In this document: piece by piece, positions 25,650 to 37,162 of the stretch
How the letters are laid out: each line of letters opens with the position of its first letter
How positions within the stretch are numbered: position 1 is the stretch's first letter
Notes under the pieces: model-generated
What the model was told of the DNA's origin: nothing
The model's input: the letters and a program-made list of their open reading frames with translations, nothing else
The model's database searches: none
From: Hydrolagus colliei
Lineage: Eukaryota
Reading direction: 5' to 3'
Assembly (NCBI GenBank): GCA_035084275.1
Contig: CM068743.1
Coordinates: forward strand, 51,398,001-51,462,000
DNA: 64,000 bases
Made by a program: the position numbers and the translations under genes

Positions 25650-26195
25650 ATGTCGACGCCGGGGACCCTCAGCAATTATTATGTCGACTCCCTCATAATG
25701 CACGACAACGAGGACCTGCTGTCGTCCAGATACGCCCCCGGGTCCCCTGGTGTCTCAGCCTCCCCCCCGGCAGCCGGCTCTCCCTGAGCACCCGGACTAC
25801 TCCTCCTGCAGCTTCCAGTCCAAAGCCACGGTGTTCAGCACCTCCTGGAGCCCGGTGCACAACCACCAGAGCTCTGCCGGTGTGCCCGCCGTGTACCACC
25901 CCTACATTCACCAGGCGCCCATCGCCGCGCCCGACCCCAGTACATGCGCTCCTGGCTGGATCCCATCCCGGGGAGCCTGTCCTTCCCGGGCTGCCGTCCG
26001 GCAGACACTACGGCATCAAGCCCGAGCCGGTGACTGGCCGCAGGAATGACTGCACCACGTTTGAGGCGCACACGTTAGCCTTTTCAGAGTACACTTGTGG
26101 AGCGTCTGCCGGCGACAAACTTGCGAGCGAGGTTCCCTTATCTGAAAATAAGGCAGAGGTTGAGACAATCGCAGATAAGCTACACATTGATCCAA
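25650..26195 (+). CDS. hoxa9: Homeobox protein HoxA9, exon 1 (three apparent frameshifts in this sequence)
   Basis: MSTPGTLSNYYVDSLIMHDNEDLLSSRY, then QPPPRQPALPEHPDYSSCSFQSKATVFSTSWSPVH, then YMRSWLDP, then LPSGRHYGIKPEP...HIDP, spread across frames by indels near 25744-25747, 25935-25940 and 25988-25990; donor A|GTAAGT at 26195/26196. Confidence 0.88.
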
Positions 26196-26757
26196 GTAAG
26201 TGCGGGAAATTCCCCCCCACCCCCCCTCCCACCCCCTTTTCATCGCTTTTCAGTGTGAATTATATATTTGAACCGTTATATATTTTTGTCTTGTTCTTTC
26301 TAGCGTAAACGTCGTTGTGATATTTCGTCACAGTCTTGTGGTGTGCCTTTTTTTTTGTCACCACAGTGAAATACTTAACGTTCACACAGACCCACCCCTC
26401 CTTCATCCCTGAACAAAACTGTAACGACTAATAACTGACTTGATAATACATATACTTATGTTGAGGGCAAACTCTAACGGATAACGAGTCTGCTGTATGA
26501 AGAAACACAATTCATATAAATACACACGTAGATATCATTTTGATACGTAATTTCTGGACGAATACGTGTCGGGTTAATTGATCAATACAAAATGATAGAT
26601 TCCCATCTCATTTGTTTGCCTAATGAATGTTGGCTGTTCACAGGGCAAGCATGTGTGTGTATGTATATGTGCATGTGTAAATATATTCATGCTATGTGCA
26701 AACATACTGAAGTTATAGCAACACGCCCCTAGAATTCAGTTTCACCCCCATCTCCCT

Positions 26758-26788
<31 letters not shown>

Positions 26789-26914
26789 CTCCCTTGTGTT
26801 ACAATAATCCCCATTCCGCCAACTTAAAACATGAAGTAAACTTGAAAAAAGGGGGGGGGGGGGGGGTGGGGGGTTAAGGTGTAATAATAAAGTTATTTTT
26901 AAATATATTTCCAG

Positions 26915-27151
26915 GCAACCCTTCTGCCAATTGGCTACATGCGAGATCCACCAGGAAAAAGCGCTGCCCTTATTCTAAACATCAGACCCCTGGAGCTGGA
27001 AAAGGAGTTCTTGTTTAACATGTACCTTACAAGGGACCGCAGATACGAGGTCGCCAGAGTGCTTAACCTCACCGAGCGACAAGTTAAAATCTGGTTCCAG
27101 AACAGGAGGATGAAGATGAAAAAAATCAACAAGGAACGACCCGAAGGATGA
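26915..27151 (+). CDS. hoxa9: Homeobox protein HoxA9, exon 2 (homeodomain; one apparent frameshift)
   Basis: Acceptor TTTCCAG| at 26914; [24 protein letters not shown], then an extra C in the run at 26987-26990, then [53 protein letters not shown]. Confidence 0.9.
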   Translation, partial: ATLLPIGYMRDPPGKSAALILNIRPLELEKEFLFNMYLTRDRRYEVARVLNLTERQVKIWFQNRRMKMKKINKERPEG

Positions 27152-28095
27152 TCGGTGACCAGGGGGGTGGGGGAGGGAGGGAGGGATTGGGGGGGGGAAG
27201 GGGGGGGGTGGGGGGGGGGGGGCGAAAAGAATTGCAATAACAGGGTTTTCAAAAAAAGAAGGGGGAAAAAAAAGAAAACGATTTCATAATTACACCCGAA
27301 GTAGGCCTCACATCAAACAACAAGAAAAGGAAAAAAACCACGGGGTCGTTTTGCATTTGCAGTAGCACAAGTGATTCCTTTGCCAGTGTTTTGGACACTG
27401 TATTGGGTGGGGGGGGAGGGAGGGATGGGGGTGGGGGGGAGTTGATACAGTTGTAGTTGGGAACCAAAGAAGGAGATATTTGCGGCAAAGTAAAAGTCTG
27501 TGGTTACGGAATCTACCTTTTATTTACATGGAAACTACCTTCTCTTAATCCACTGTTATTCGTGGACAATAATCTAGTGAATACTGTATTAGTGGTTTTA
27601 CATGCAGCGAATGAGGCTGTCTATATACTTGAATCCTTGTGTCTGTCTGTTGTGGTAATTATCTCTGTGACTGGGCCTCTGTGCTTGGGTGATGTCTGAC
27701 TAGTGGTCGTGTAAACAAACAAAGGTCTCAATTTAACTCAGGATGTTTAATATAAGGTAACACCGCTGTGTAGTGCATATGAAATGTAGTTTCGTTGTGA
27801 ACTTGGAACATATCTTGTATTATTTTCACAGTGAATTACATTTAGAAAGCCCCGGGCTCACGCTGTCTTTGTGAGTACCGGCCTGGCCCGGGGTGCATGG
27901 TGATTGTGTTGTTCTTCAGAAATTATATGAAATTGAACTACATAGAATGCTAATATAAGTTTTATTTCAAAGAGCAGCGCTGAGCATTATGCTACCCGAT
28001 ACTTTTGTCTGTTGAAATAAAAGCACGAGTAAAGTTCTCAGACAACTTCGTATTTATCGGTGTTTTCGTGGTGCAACAACGTATGAATTTTAGTT

Positions 28096-28130
28096 TGAAA
28101 CTACCTATATGTATAACTAGCAACTACCTA
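28096..28130 (+). promoter_or_regulatory. Paired miR-196 8mer target sites downstream of hoxa9
   Basis: TGAAACTACCTA (28096-28107, complementary to miR-196 nt 1-12) and ACTACCTA (28123-28130); a further GAAACTACCT at 27531-27540. Confidence 0.65.
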
Positions 28131-29782
28131 TGTTTTGTGTGTGACTGTCACCCTTAATATTGTTTTGATGCATTTATGAACGATTGAACAAATAAACGAT
28201 ATTGTCAATAAATGTATTGTGTACAATACAAGTAAAACTCTCTGGGTGCAATAGTAAGAGCTTGTCAGGGTTGGCTTTGGACCTGTAGAACTAACGCATT
28301 TACACTGTATATACGTTTGAAATGAATACCTCCTGGCATATTGACCAAACTATGCTGTTTGCTATGAAATGTCATTTTATTTGTTGTCTAATAAAATATA
28401 TGTTTCACTATATTTACATAGGCTTTCGATTTAAAAATGCAACGAATATACTGCATCCAATTCTGCTAATTGTTGCTATTTGTTCATTCCTTAATCATTT
28501 TAAATTTTGTAAAAATACGCTGAACGCAAAAATCAGTTTCAGTTGCAATCCAGTCACTGGTTTCTGAGGCACATGACGAAAGCATCAACCGCATCAGTAA
28601 AGCGGATATGCTTCGAAACCAAAATTGGGGAGTTCAAAGTTTAATGCAATAAAAATAATAAAACAATTGCTGGCAAGATTGTCCCTTTCTAGCGAATGTA
28701 TACAGTATTATTAAATACACAATGCTGGTTTCAAAATGTATATTGTGCACACTTCAACGTTCACATAACAACAAGAGTTACTAGAGTTGTGACAATCTTA
28801 CGCTAGCATCATGCGTTTTCAAATTCAAACAGTTAAAAAAAAATTAACTGCAGGTTTGTGCCTTGTCCATCAATATTAGGAAGAGCTTTATCACCTGAAC
28901 AGCTACAGTGCAATTTTTAGTGGGTCAATTCAATTGAACTGAAAATGTGATTTCTGATAGAAACAAGAAATCCAAACCACGGCTGCAACATCTTGTTAGT
29001 GATAAATTCACACAGATTTGAGCTTCACAAGCAATTCTCACTCATTAGTTCTGAAAACGGAAAATATTTAATAACAAACGTTGTTAGTATATTCGTATTT
29101 GCAGTTGTTTGTAACATTGGCTGTGAGTTATTTATTTAAGCCGTTGTTTTACTGGAAATGGAATGAGAACCTTAACTTGACTTTTGAAGCAAGTTCTTGG
29201 ATTTAACCATATTATTAAAAAGCAACGTTAAATAATGTCTTGGCAACAATCCTGCCGGTGCTTCTCAGCTGTCCAGCACTAGAGTCAAATACTTAGGAAC
29301 CAAATAAAGTTAAATTAGTCTTAGACAGACATCTTACCGATATAAAATGTGCACCGCCTGCCCGTTTAGTCAACTTCCCTTCCAAGAATAAGGATGCCTA
29401 GTAGCTTTTTTTAAAATCCCGAAGACAGTTTGGATAGATTTAGTGGAACTCAAATGGTTTGGAAACTGAACAGAAAGGCCCCAGTAGTTGTACGTCTTGG
29501 CAAAGGCTGTCGTTAGTAAAATTCTGAGTGGTGTACCGCAATAAAAGAAAATGACTGCTGTAAGCGTTTATGGGGTGTAAAACACTGGAGGTTAAGGGGC
29601 GAAGCACGTAAACAAGACACCGAGGATCACACATTTGGAGAAGTCAGTGTGAGACTGCAGCTATTTGTATCGAGCCTCATCTATTGCAAAAATGCTCTTT
29701 TTTGGTGCGATATTAAAATAGTTGCTAAACGTGAACTGTCTTTTTTATTTTCGTCTTCAGTCCAGAGGGTTGTAAGGCTGAG

Positions 29783-29796
29783 GCGCCCTCTGTTGT
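29783..29796 (-). promoter_or_regulatory. CTCF motif, hoxa9-hoxa7 interval
   Basis: Minus strand reads ACAACAGAGGGCGC. Confidence 0.5.
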
Positions 29797-30241
29797 TGCA
29801 GATCGAACTTCAAAGACTAAACGGGGAGACTCGCAATAAAATGAAGGGTCTGGCAAGTCGTCTGGAATTCAGGTTTTAATGAGTTTACAACTGTCCAGCT
29901 ACAATCAGTATTTTTCCAGAGAAGGCCATCCATGTGTTTTGTCTGGCTGCTTAGACAAAAGGGTCTGCGGAAATAACGACCTTTATTAGTCTCGTCTCTA
30001 ACGTGGGCCCCTCAAATATCCCTTTGCTAATTTATAGTCTGGTGTAAAAGGGTCTTTAGCAATGTTAGAGCAGGGCGGGAAGCAAACTATTTGGAATTAA
30101 ATTTGATTTATCTAGAAAAAAAGGGATGTGGTCATATATATAGTCACTAATTTTCATGTTTAGGCTGCAGATTGACAAAAACAAATGTATTTTTATTCAT
30201 TCTCGTTGAAAGCGATTTCCTCTTGTCACTTCGCTTTATAT

Positions 30242-30257
30242 CCAGCAGATGGCAGTG
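30242..30257 (+). promoter_or_regulatory. CTCF motif (candidate A7|A9 boundary site)
   Basis: CCAGCAGATGGCAGTG fully matches the CTCF core consensus; a CTCF boundary between Hoxa7 and Hoxa9 is established in mammals. Confidence 0.6.
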
Positions 30258-32199
30258 TTAATCCACCAAACAATACAAAAACAGTGCCACCAAGCTGTCA
30301 AAGAATGCAATAGCCACCTTAAGGTTGGATTTATTTATGCAGTAGCTTGTTAAATAGGACGAAAATATTCTCTACAAATGACACATGAGAACAAAATACT
30401 GAGGTCAGTGAAGTATACAGATTTGGAATCTAACAACATGTTTAAAGACCAATTTGATCACGTGGTTAACAAATCAATTTGCAGTTTTTTGAGTTTTATT
30501 CAATCTCGAATGCCGCTTGCTATTCCGGTTGCAGCAAGGGGGAATGATTCGTGGGTCTGATAAGGTTATACAGAGGCCTGATAAACACATACTTTGGGGG
30601 TTTTTTTTTTGGGGGGGGGGGGGTCGTACTGAAAACAATACGTATCTAAGTTTTAATTTGTGACTTATTCTTCAAGTCGGAGAAGTAACATCAATATTAT
30701 TCTGCGCACTCTGCTTTATAATTAATATTCATATAGTTTCATATTTAATACGTTCGAATACATTTCCAGCAGAATTTTTAGAGGACACAATGTAATATTT
30801 AACGGATATTACATTTGAAATAGATAATTACCAGGTACACCTTGTTTTCTGCAGGAACAGCCAGAGGCAGAGCGATGCAGGTATAAGATAGAGCAAGAAT
30901 CTAAAGATTTGTAGAATTATATTTTGTCCCTTTAAAGCAACCTACGATCATGGACACAAACAAGATGAAGTGAGAGAAACAAAAAGATAAGACGGGGTCT
31001 CTGTTAAAGCTTAAACAACATTAGAAATCCGTGTGTAATTATAGTATAACTGTGATATATTAAGTCATTGTAAACTGCGTGTTTACTATGTTTAAGTGTA
31101 TGTTAACTGTCACAGCATCATCAGGATCCTTACGTCTCCGAAGGCAACAAAGAGGCTTGTTTGGGATGGGAAAATCCACATAAAGCGTTTAAATGGTCCC
31201 CAAACAACACTGGTCAGTGGAGGTTGTTCGGTAAACTTGGGAGTGCACGGAATCTATGTTTATTTTACAAATGGAGAGATTAATTTGTGCTGGTGTTTGA
31301 ATGTATGTGATGTTGCGTAACATTGCAATCACTGTCTGACACTCAAGCGTCTTCCTTTTTATGTAAGGTGATTGTTACATTTCAATACAGTCACTTCATT
31401 TTCCTCACACAACACGAATCGAAATCTTTAGCTCTGAAATCCCATGAAAGGTTTCAAGTATTGTTCCACTCAATTCACATTTTAGATGGGGGAGGTACCA
31501 AATTGAACCCCAAATAAAGATTTTCGCTTACTTTCCTTGTGACGATAATTATTCTTTCAGTTCATTTGTACCAAAGTAATATTCGGCTTTACACTTTCTC
31601 GAAAGGTTCAGTGCAATTATAAACAAAAATGTCTATTTTATTTGCATATGTAATACAATCCGTTTTAATTATCTTGTTACTTTTAATCCAATATTACATA
31701 GAAATCAAAAGGTAGTGGGAAAATACTCTAATTTTATTATAAATACATAATAATAATTTCTGGTCATACAATACGTTTCAATTTTGACCAAATTATAAAC
31801 AACATAAATATTTATATTTAACATTGTACAGAACATTGTACAGAATTCTTATTAAATCGTATATAAAATGGATAATATTCTATGATTACTTTGTTCCTTC
31901 TTTGCTGGTTAATTCCACCGTGATGGGTGTCACGTTTTGATGTGCTATGTTCTGAGTAGCACAATAACAAGTGTTGCAAAGATTCTCTCGCGTTCTTGTC
32001 CTGGATAAGTACATGATATCACATCTATTTTCAAATCAACTGTAATCATTCATTGGATCAACGCAGTGAAATATTAGTATAGAACCTTTGTCCGTATCAA
32101 TCAAAATGCAAAAAAAAAAAAAAAAAATCCTCCAACATCAGCAAAAATCTACAGTTAAATATATAAATGTGGTCAAATGATTACGACGTGATTTTAATA

Positions 32200-32345
32200 T
32201 GTATGAATGCATGCGATGTAATACATACATATATGTATGCATGCATGTATGTATGTATGCACGCACGCATGCATGTACGTATATGTATGTAAGTATATGT
32301 ATGTATGTATTTTTGATTGTATGCATTTATGCATGTATGCATGCT
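32200..32345. repeat. Degenerate (TATG/CATG)n microsatellite
   Basis: Runs of GTAT/GCAT tetramers, e.g. atatgtatgcatgcatgtatgtatgtatgc. Confidence 0.85.
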
Positions 32346-35074
32346 TGTGTGTAAGTGTTTGGGTTTGCATGTATCTTCCTCTATATTTGTATACACACTT
32401 ATGTTTGTATTCCTAATTTAAATTTCCACCTGGTCATACTTGCCTAAATTTCGAATTCTTAAAAAACGATAACTATGATCTATAGCTCCAACTAATTTCG
32501 TCGTATTAATTTTAGCTTTATCGTGGCATGTGGTTTCAGTCTTGATCCGCAAACATATAGAAACCTGCTGGTATATTCACAACAACACAACGTTACACAG
32601 CTACAGACTTTACATGAGCAAGCTGGCAATTGAAATGACAACCGCAGCAATTTAACCATACATATATTGTCTTTGCTTTAATTAGCTTCAGGGCGATACA
32701 CACATCAATGCGGTCGCAGTTTGTATTAATGAAGAAAAGTGGTTTGAGATTGTTTGCAGACCTGAGCGTATTTTTTAACGTTTTCTTAACGGTGAAGGTT
32801 GATGTAATGTGAAGTAGTCCTGATTAAAATCGTGTACAAAATACCATATCGATGCTATATTTGTGGGGGGGAAAACAAAGGCTGCTTAAAGCACATGAGT
32901 GGGACAGTGCAATAACAATACTCTCCTTACAAAGTGCCAAGAAGCTGACCGGTCTGCCAAGCTTTGGGTTTAAGGTCGGAGTAAATTGCAAAACAGAAGA
33001 GAAAAAATTCAGCTGTTTTTTCAAACCATCTGTTTTATATTATTGTGGGAATCTGCGCGTTTGTCCACCCTGGCAGTGAACATTTCCTTAAGTTTACATC
33101 ATTCTTTTGTTGAAAACGTGGCCATACAGTGCAACCAAATAAATCCACATCTATATTTCCCATGTGCTTCCTGATAAGGCATCTGATTTTATTCTCGTTA
33201 GGTGGATTGTTGATGTTCGAGTGTTTGCTTTGCTTTTACTTTGCATCGTTTCTTCGCTGTTTGTCACAGAAAGTATGATCTGTATCTGGCGACTTACTTT
33301 TCAGTGAGGTATTCTCAGACCTGAAGACAAATGAAAACGTTTATATTGCACGAATTTCTCACCATCGACAGTAGAAATATCCATGATGTTTTTGAGTGAA
33401 ACTACTGAAATTTGGGAAAGAATTTTAAAAAAAAAAACAAAATTCGCACATCTCTCTCCATTTGGTAAACCACGTTAAAACTACTGGGTCTTTTCAAGGA
33501 ATATATTTCGGGGGGGAAAGTTCATTCGCTTCCCGGAACACTTCAATTACTATTCTGCTTAATCTAAGATGGAGATAACAGATAAATGTTCTGGGTTGAA
33601 TGTTGTTTTGTCAAACGAAGATTGCTTCAAACCAGCGAGAGACGAATGTAGTTAGTACACTAACCTCATGCTAAAACATCCCCACAGTGAGGCAGACCCT
33701 GTCTGCTCAGCACAAAGGTTGCTTCTCGTTATAAGTGTCTCCAGAGATCAAACGAGAAAAATAATTTACAATATTAGAGGAAATGCTTTGGAATGGTTTG
33801 CGTGAGGATCCGAGCCGAAATCAGCGTTTTCTGATAATTATTTATGCCTATCCTTCCATACGCCAAACACATTGTTATAGAATGGTTACTTTACAAGGAG
33901 TTTCTATTGAGGCGAATACAAGGAATTCAGAATTCAGTCTTGTCCACTAAAATATAGTGGAATGTGGAATGAACGCACACATGAATCATTCGCATTGCGG
34001 GAACCCCCGCATTAAAGCGCGCAGAAAGCAGTCAGGGGAAAGCAGAATTCACAAATAAAGTGTGTAAAACGGCTTCGGAAACAAGTTCTGTGATTTAATG
34101 AGAGGATTGAGAAAAAAAAGTTGTAAAACAGAAGGAGGAAATGATGCAGGGGCAATTCCCCTGCGGGGATTTGGCCAGATTACCTAGCAACTCGAAAAGA
34201 TTTTCACAGAATAGTTGTTGCACTGGTAACAGTAGAAGGAAACATGGTCTCTTATCTGATATTATGCACTTTAGAGAATCAATATGCCACACGTTTGGAA
34301 ATCTTTAAAAACCCTCGACTGAAGAGCTAATAAGGAGGTACTGGCTTCACGGTGAAGGTCCCTGAGTAGTGCTGCAGTCTGTATCCTTCTGCGTTTATAG
34401 CTCCGCTAAAACCCTGCAGTATCCTGTTCTATAATCCAGAGATTAGATCCCACTGATAATTAATCGACGGTGTTAACAGTTTCTACGTTACTTAACCCTA
34501 CTCAAGTTTCTGTAGGGGATTGCAGCTCGTCGCAGGCGGGGAAAACAAGGCATCCGTCAGAAGAGCCGAAAAGCAGCGGAAATCTTGTGATATATATAAA
34601 AAAAGAGAGAGAAAGCTTGTAACATTATGTATCAAAGCCAGTGCCAACACGGTTTGTAACCCTGAGGAATGAAGAGTTGAGTGATTTATGCTTACGTTTC
34701 TTCAACGGGTTTTAGTTTCTCGAGGGAGTGAACCCAGTGCCCACGGGACCCCTCGCTGTGCACGATCGGGGCTAAACATTTGATTCGAATAAATTTAGAA
34801 ATTTATTGTCGATCTGATTTTTCAAACCATACCTGTGATTCCCAAGCCTACACACATGTGAAGGGGAGGGGGGGGGGGAGGGGGGGGGGCTGGAATCACC
34901 CCCAAAGCTTCTGTTCTGCGCATAATTATTCCTCTTTTTTTAATAAAAAAAAGGGAAAGTGTGTCCGCGCTCGGCACCTGTGTTGTTGTGACGCCAGACT
35001 CCCATGTTTGTATTTTGCTGCTTTTATTTTGAAAATCATCAGATAAGGTGATACTTGCCACCGGTGCCTCGGGA

Positions 35075-35215
35075 TGCTATTGGATGGTGGGATCACATGG
35101 TGGGGGGGAGTCACGTGAATGGAAATAAGAGGGGCCGAAGGAAAATGGGTGTTTGGTGTAAATCTGGGTGTAATGCTGCCATATATCACGCTATCTCGTA
35201 AAACCGACACTGAAT
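35075..35215 (+). promoter_or_regulatory. hoxa7 proximal promoter
   Basis: ATTGG (reverse CCAAT), CACATG and GTCACGTGA E-boxes, GGTGTAAATCTGGGTGTAATG, CATATATC and CTCGTAAAACCGACAC blocks typical of Hox7 promoters, directly upstream of the ATG. Confidence 0.6.
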
Positions 35216-35246
35216 AGTCTCGGCCAACAAATCACCAGACAAAATT

Positions 35247-35640
35247 ATGAGTTCGTCGTATTATGTGAATGCTCTTTTTCCAAAATATGCGGCGGGGACA
35301 TCCGTGTTCCAGAACGCGGGCGGCTTTACAGAAGCGACTTCTTGCGCCTTTGCCACCAACTCCCCGAGATCGGGCTATGGAGCGGGCGCCAGCGCCTTCC
35401 CAGCCCCGATGGCCGGGCTGTACAATGTTAACAGTGCAATCTATCACGGCCCTTCCATGTACAACACAGGTTATTCCCTAAACTCAGATTCCTACAACCT
35501 GCGCTGCTCCTCCCTAGACCAGAACATTCCAGTTCTTTGCAGCGATCTGAACAAACAGGGTTGTGAAAAATTGGATCAGACAAACGTGCACCCTCAAGCA
35601 GAGAGCAATTTCCGGATTTACCCCTGGATGAGGAATGCAG
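35247..35640 (+). CDS. hoxa7: Homeobox protein HoxA7, exon 1
   Basis: MSSSYYVNALFPKYAAGTSVFQNA...ESNFRIYPWMR hexapeptide; donor CAG|GTATGA at 35640/35641, phase 1. Confidence 0.96.
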
Positions 35641-35790
35641 GTATGAGACATAAATGTAACATAGCTATGAGATGGCCATATAAATGGCCGGCTAGGATGA
35701 ACGCCAGTACATCCTTAAAGTAGTTAAAGAGTTTTAATGATGGCTCAGCTGAGTTCCTCAAACGCATGTGGCATTGTATGCAGATAGCAA

Positions 35791-35818
35791 TCATAAAACT
35801 TTTATTGCACAATTAATC
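35791..35818 (+). promoter_or_regulatory. HB-1-like homeodomain/Cdx site cluster in hoxa7 intron
   Basis: TCATAAAACTTTTATTGCACAATTAAT: opposed ATAAA/TTTAT sites; HB-1 elements are described in Hoxa7 and Hox4 introns. Confidence 0.5.
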
Positions 35819-36747
35819 AGTACAATCCTCGTAAAAGCACTCGACTTCCGCTCCTTTAAAGTTAACAGCAACTCACATATTGCTTGTTTACCCCCCTTTT
35901 TATTAGCATCAATGGGAACCCTTTTTAACCGGGGAAAATTCCTGTATTCACAAGTAAATATAGAAGTGATATGTTCCAGGACTAACACACGTTTAGAGAG
36001 AAAGCAATGTCGATTTGGCATTTAAGAAATTACTTTATTGCTTTTCACCTCAAGAAAGAGCCCTTGGCTCATATGAAGTTTCCTCCTTTGCTATTTGTCT
36101 TTTTTTCTTCTAAATTTGCCACCGCAGTGCCTCAATACAGAGGAATTTCCCGTCAGTGGAAATGGACAATTTCCCTTTGCTAGCGTCAATAACAGCACAT
36201 TTACACATTCAAAGAATCACACATAGAATTACACCATTAAAACCTCGTTGGATTCACCCTATCGAAAACCGGTGTCGAAATGTTCCTACTGTGACTGCTG
36301 GCAATTGTTAAAAGTTATGATTGTTTTATATTGATATGAAACTTGTTTATTTGTGTTGACTGGCTTTTTGCCATGTGTATTTATTCATTTTTTTTACGCT
36401 GGCAAAGCTTCCATTCAGAAACAGCAAAAAAAAACAGTTTGGTGCAACTTCAACCTTACCCCCCATCTTAATTTATGTAAGGCAAAATTCGACAGAGTCT
36501 CACACGGAAAACAATGAGAATATAAATCATTTATATTTCCTTCTCAGACTCATATATATCCCTACCATTGAAGCTTTGAAGACACAGAATGTGTAAACAA
36601 TACCCCTGACTCAAAACAAGAAACCGCCGAAATCTCCAAATATTGATGTGCATCTCGAGCCTTACACTGGGCTGTTTATACATGGAAATCATTCAGCAAT
36701 AAACATTAAAGCTTTTAATTATAAAACAGCGGAAACAAGAGACATAG

Positions 36748-37092
<345 letters not shown>

Positions 37093-37162
37093 GACTTCCC
37101 CATGAATCCAGAAACGTTTCAAATCTATGAAGTTGTTTTGCAACAGCTAACTATGACATTAA

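Noticed and set aside
25574-26308. 244-aa ORF and other overlapping ORFs at hoxa9
   Set aside because: Fragments produced by the hoxa9 frameshifts and high GC content; only part of each is HoxA9 sequence.
27240-27246. Single miR-10 seed matches (ACAGGGT in the hoxa9 UTR; CAGGGTA at 62774 in the hoxa4 UTR)
   Set aside because: Isolated 7-mers are expected by chance; no conservation data available here.
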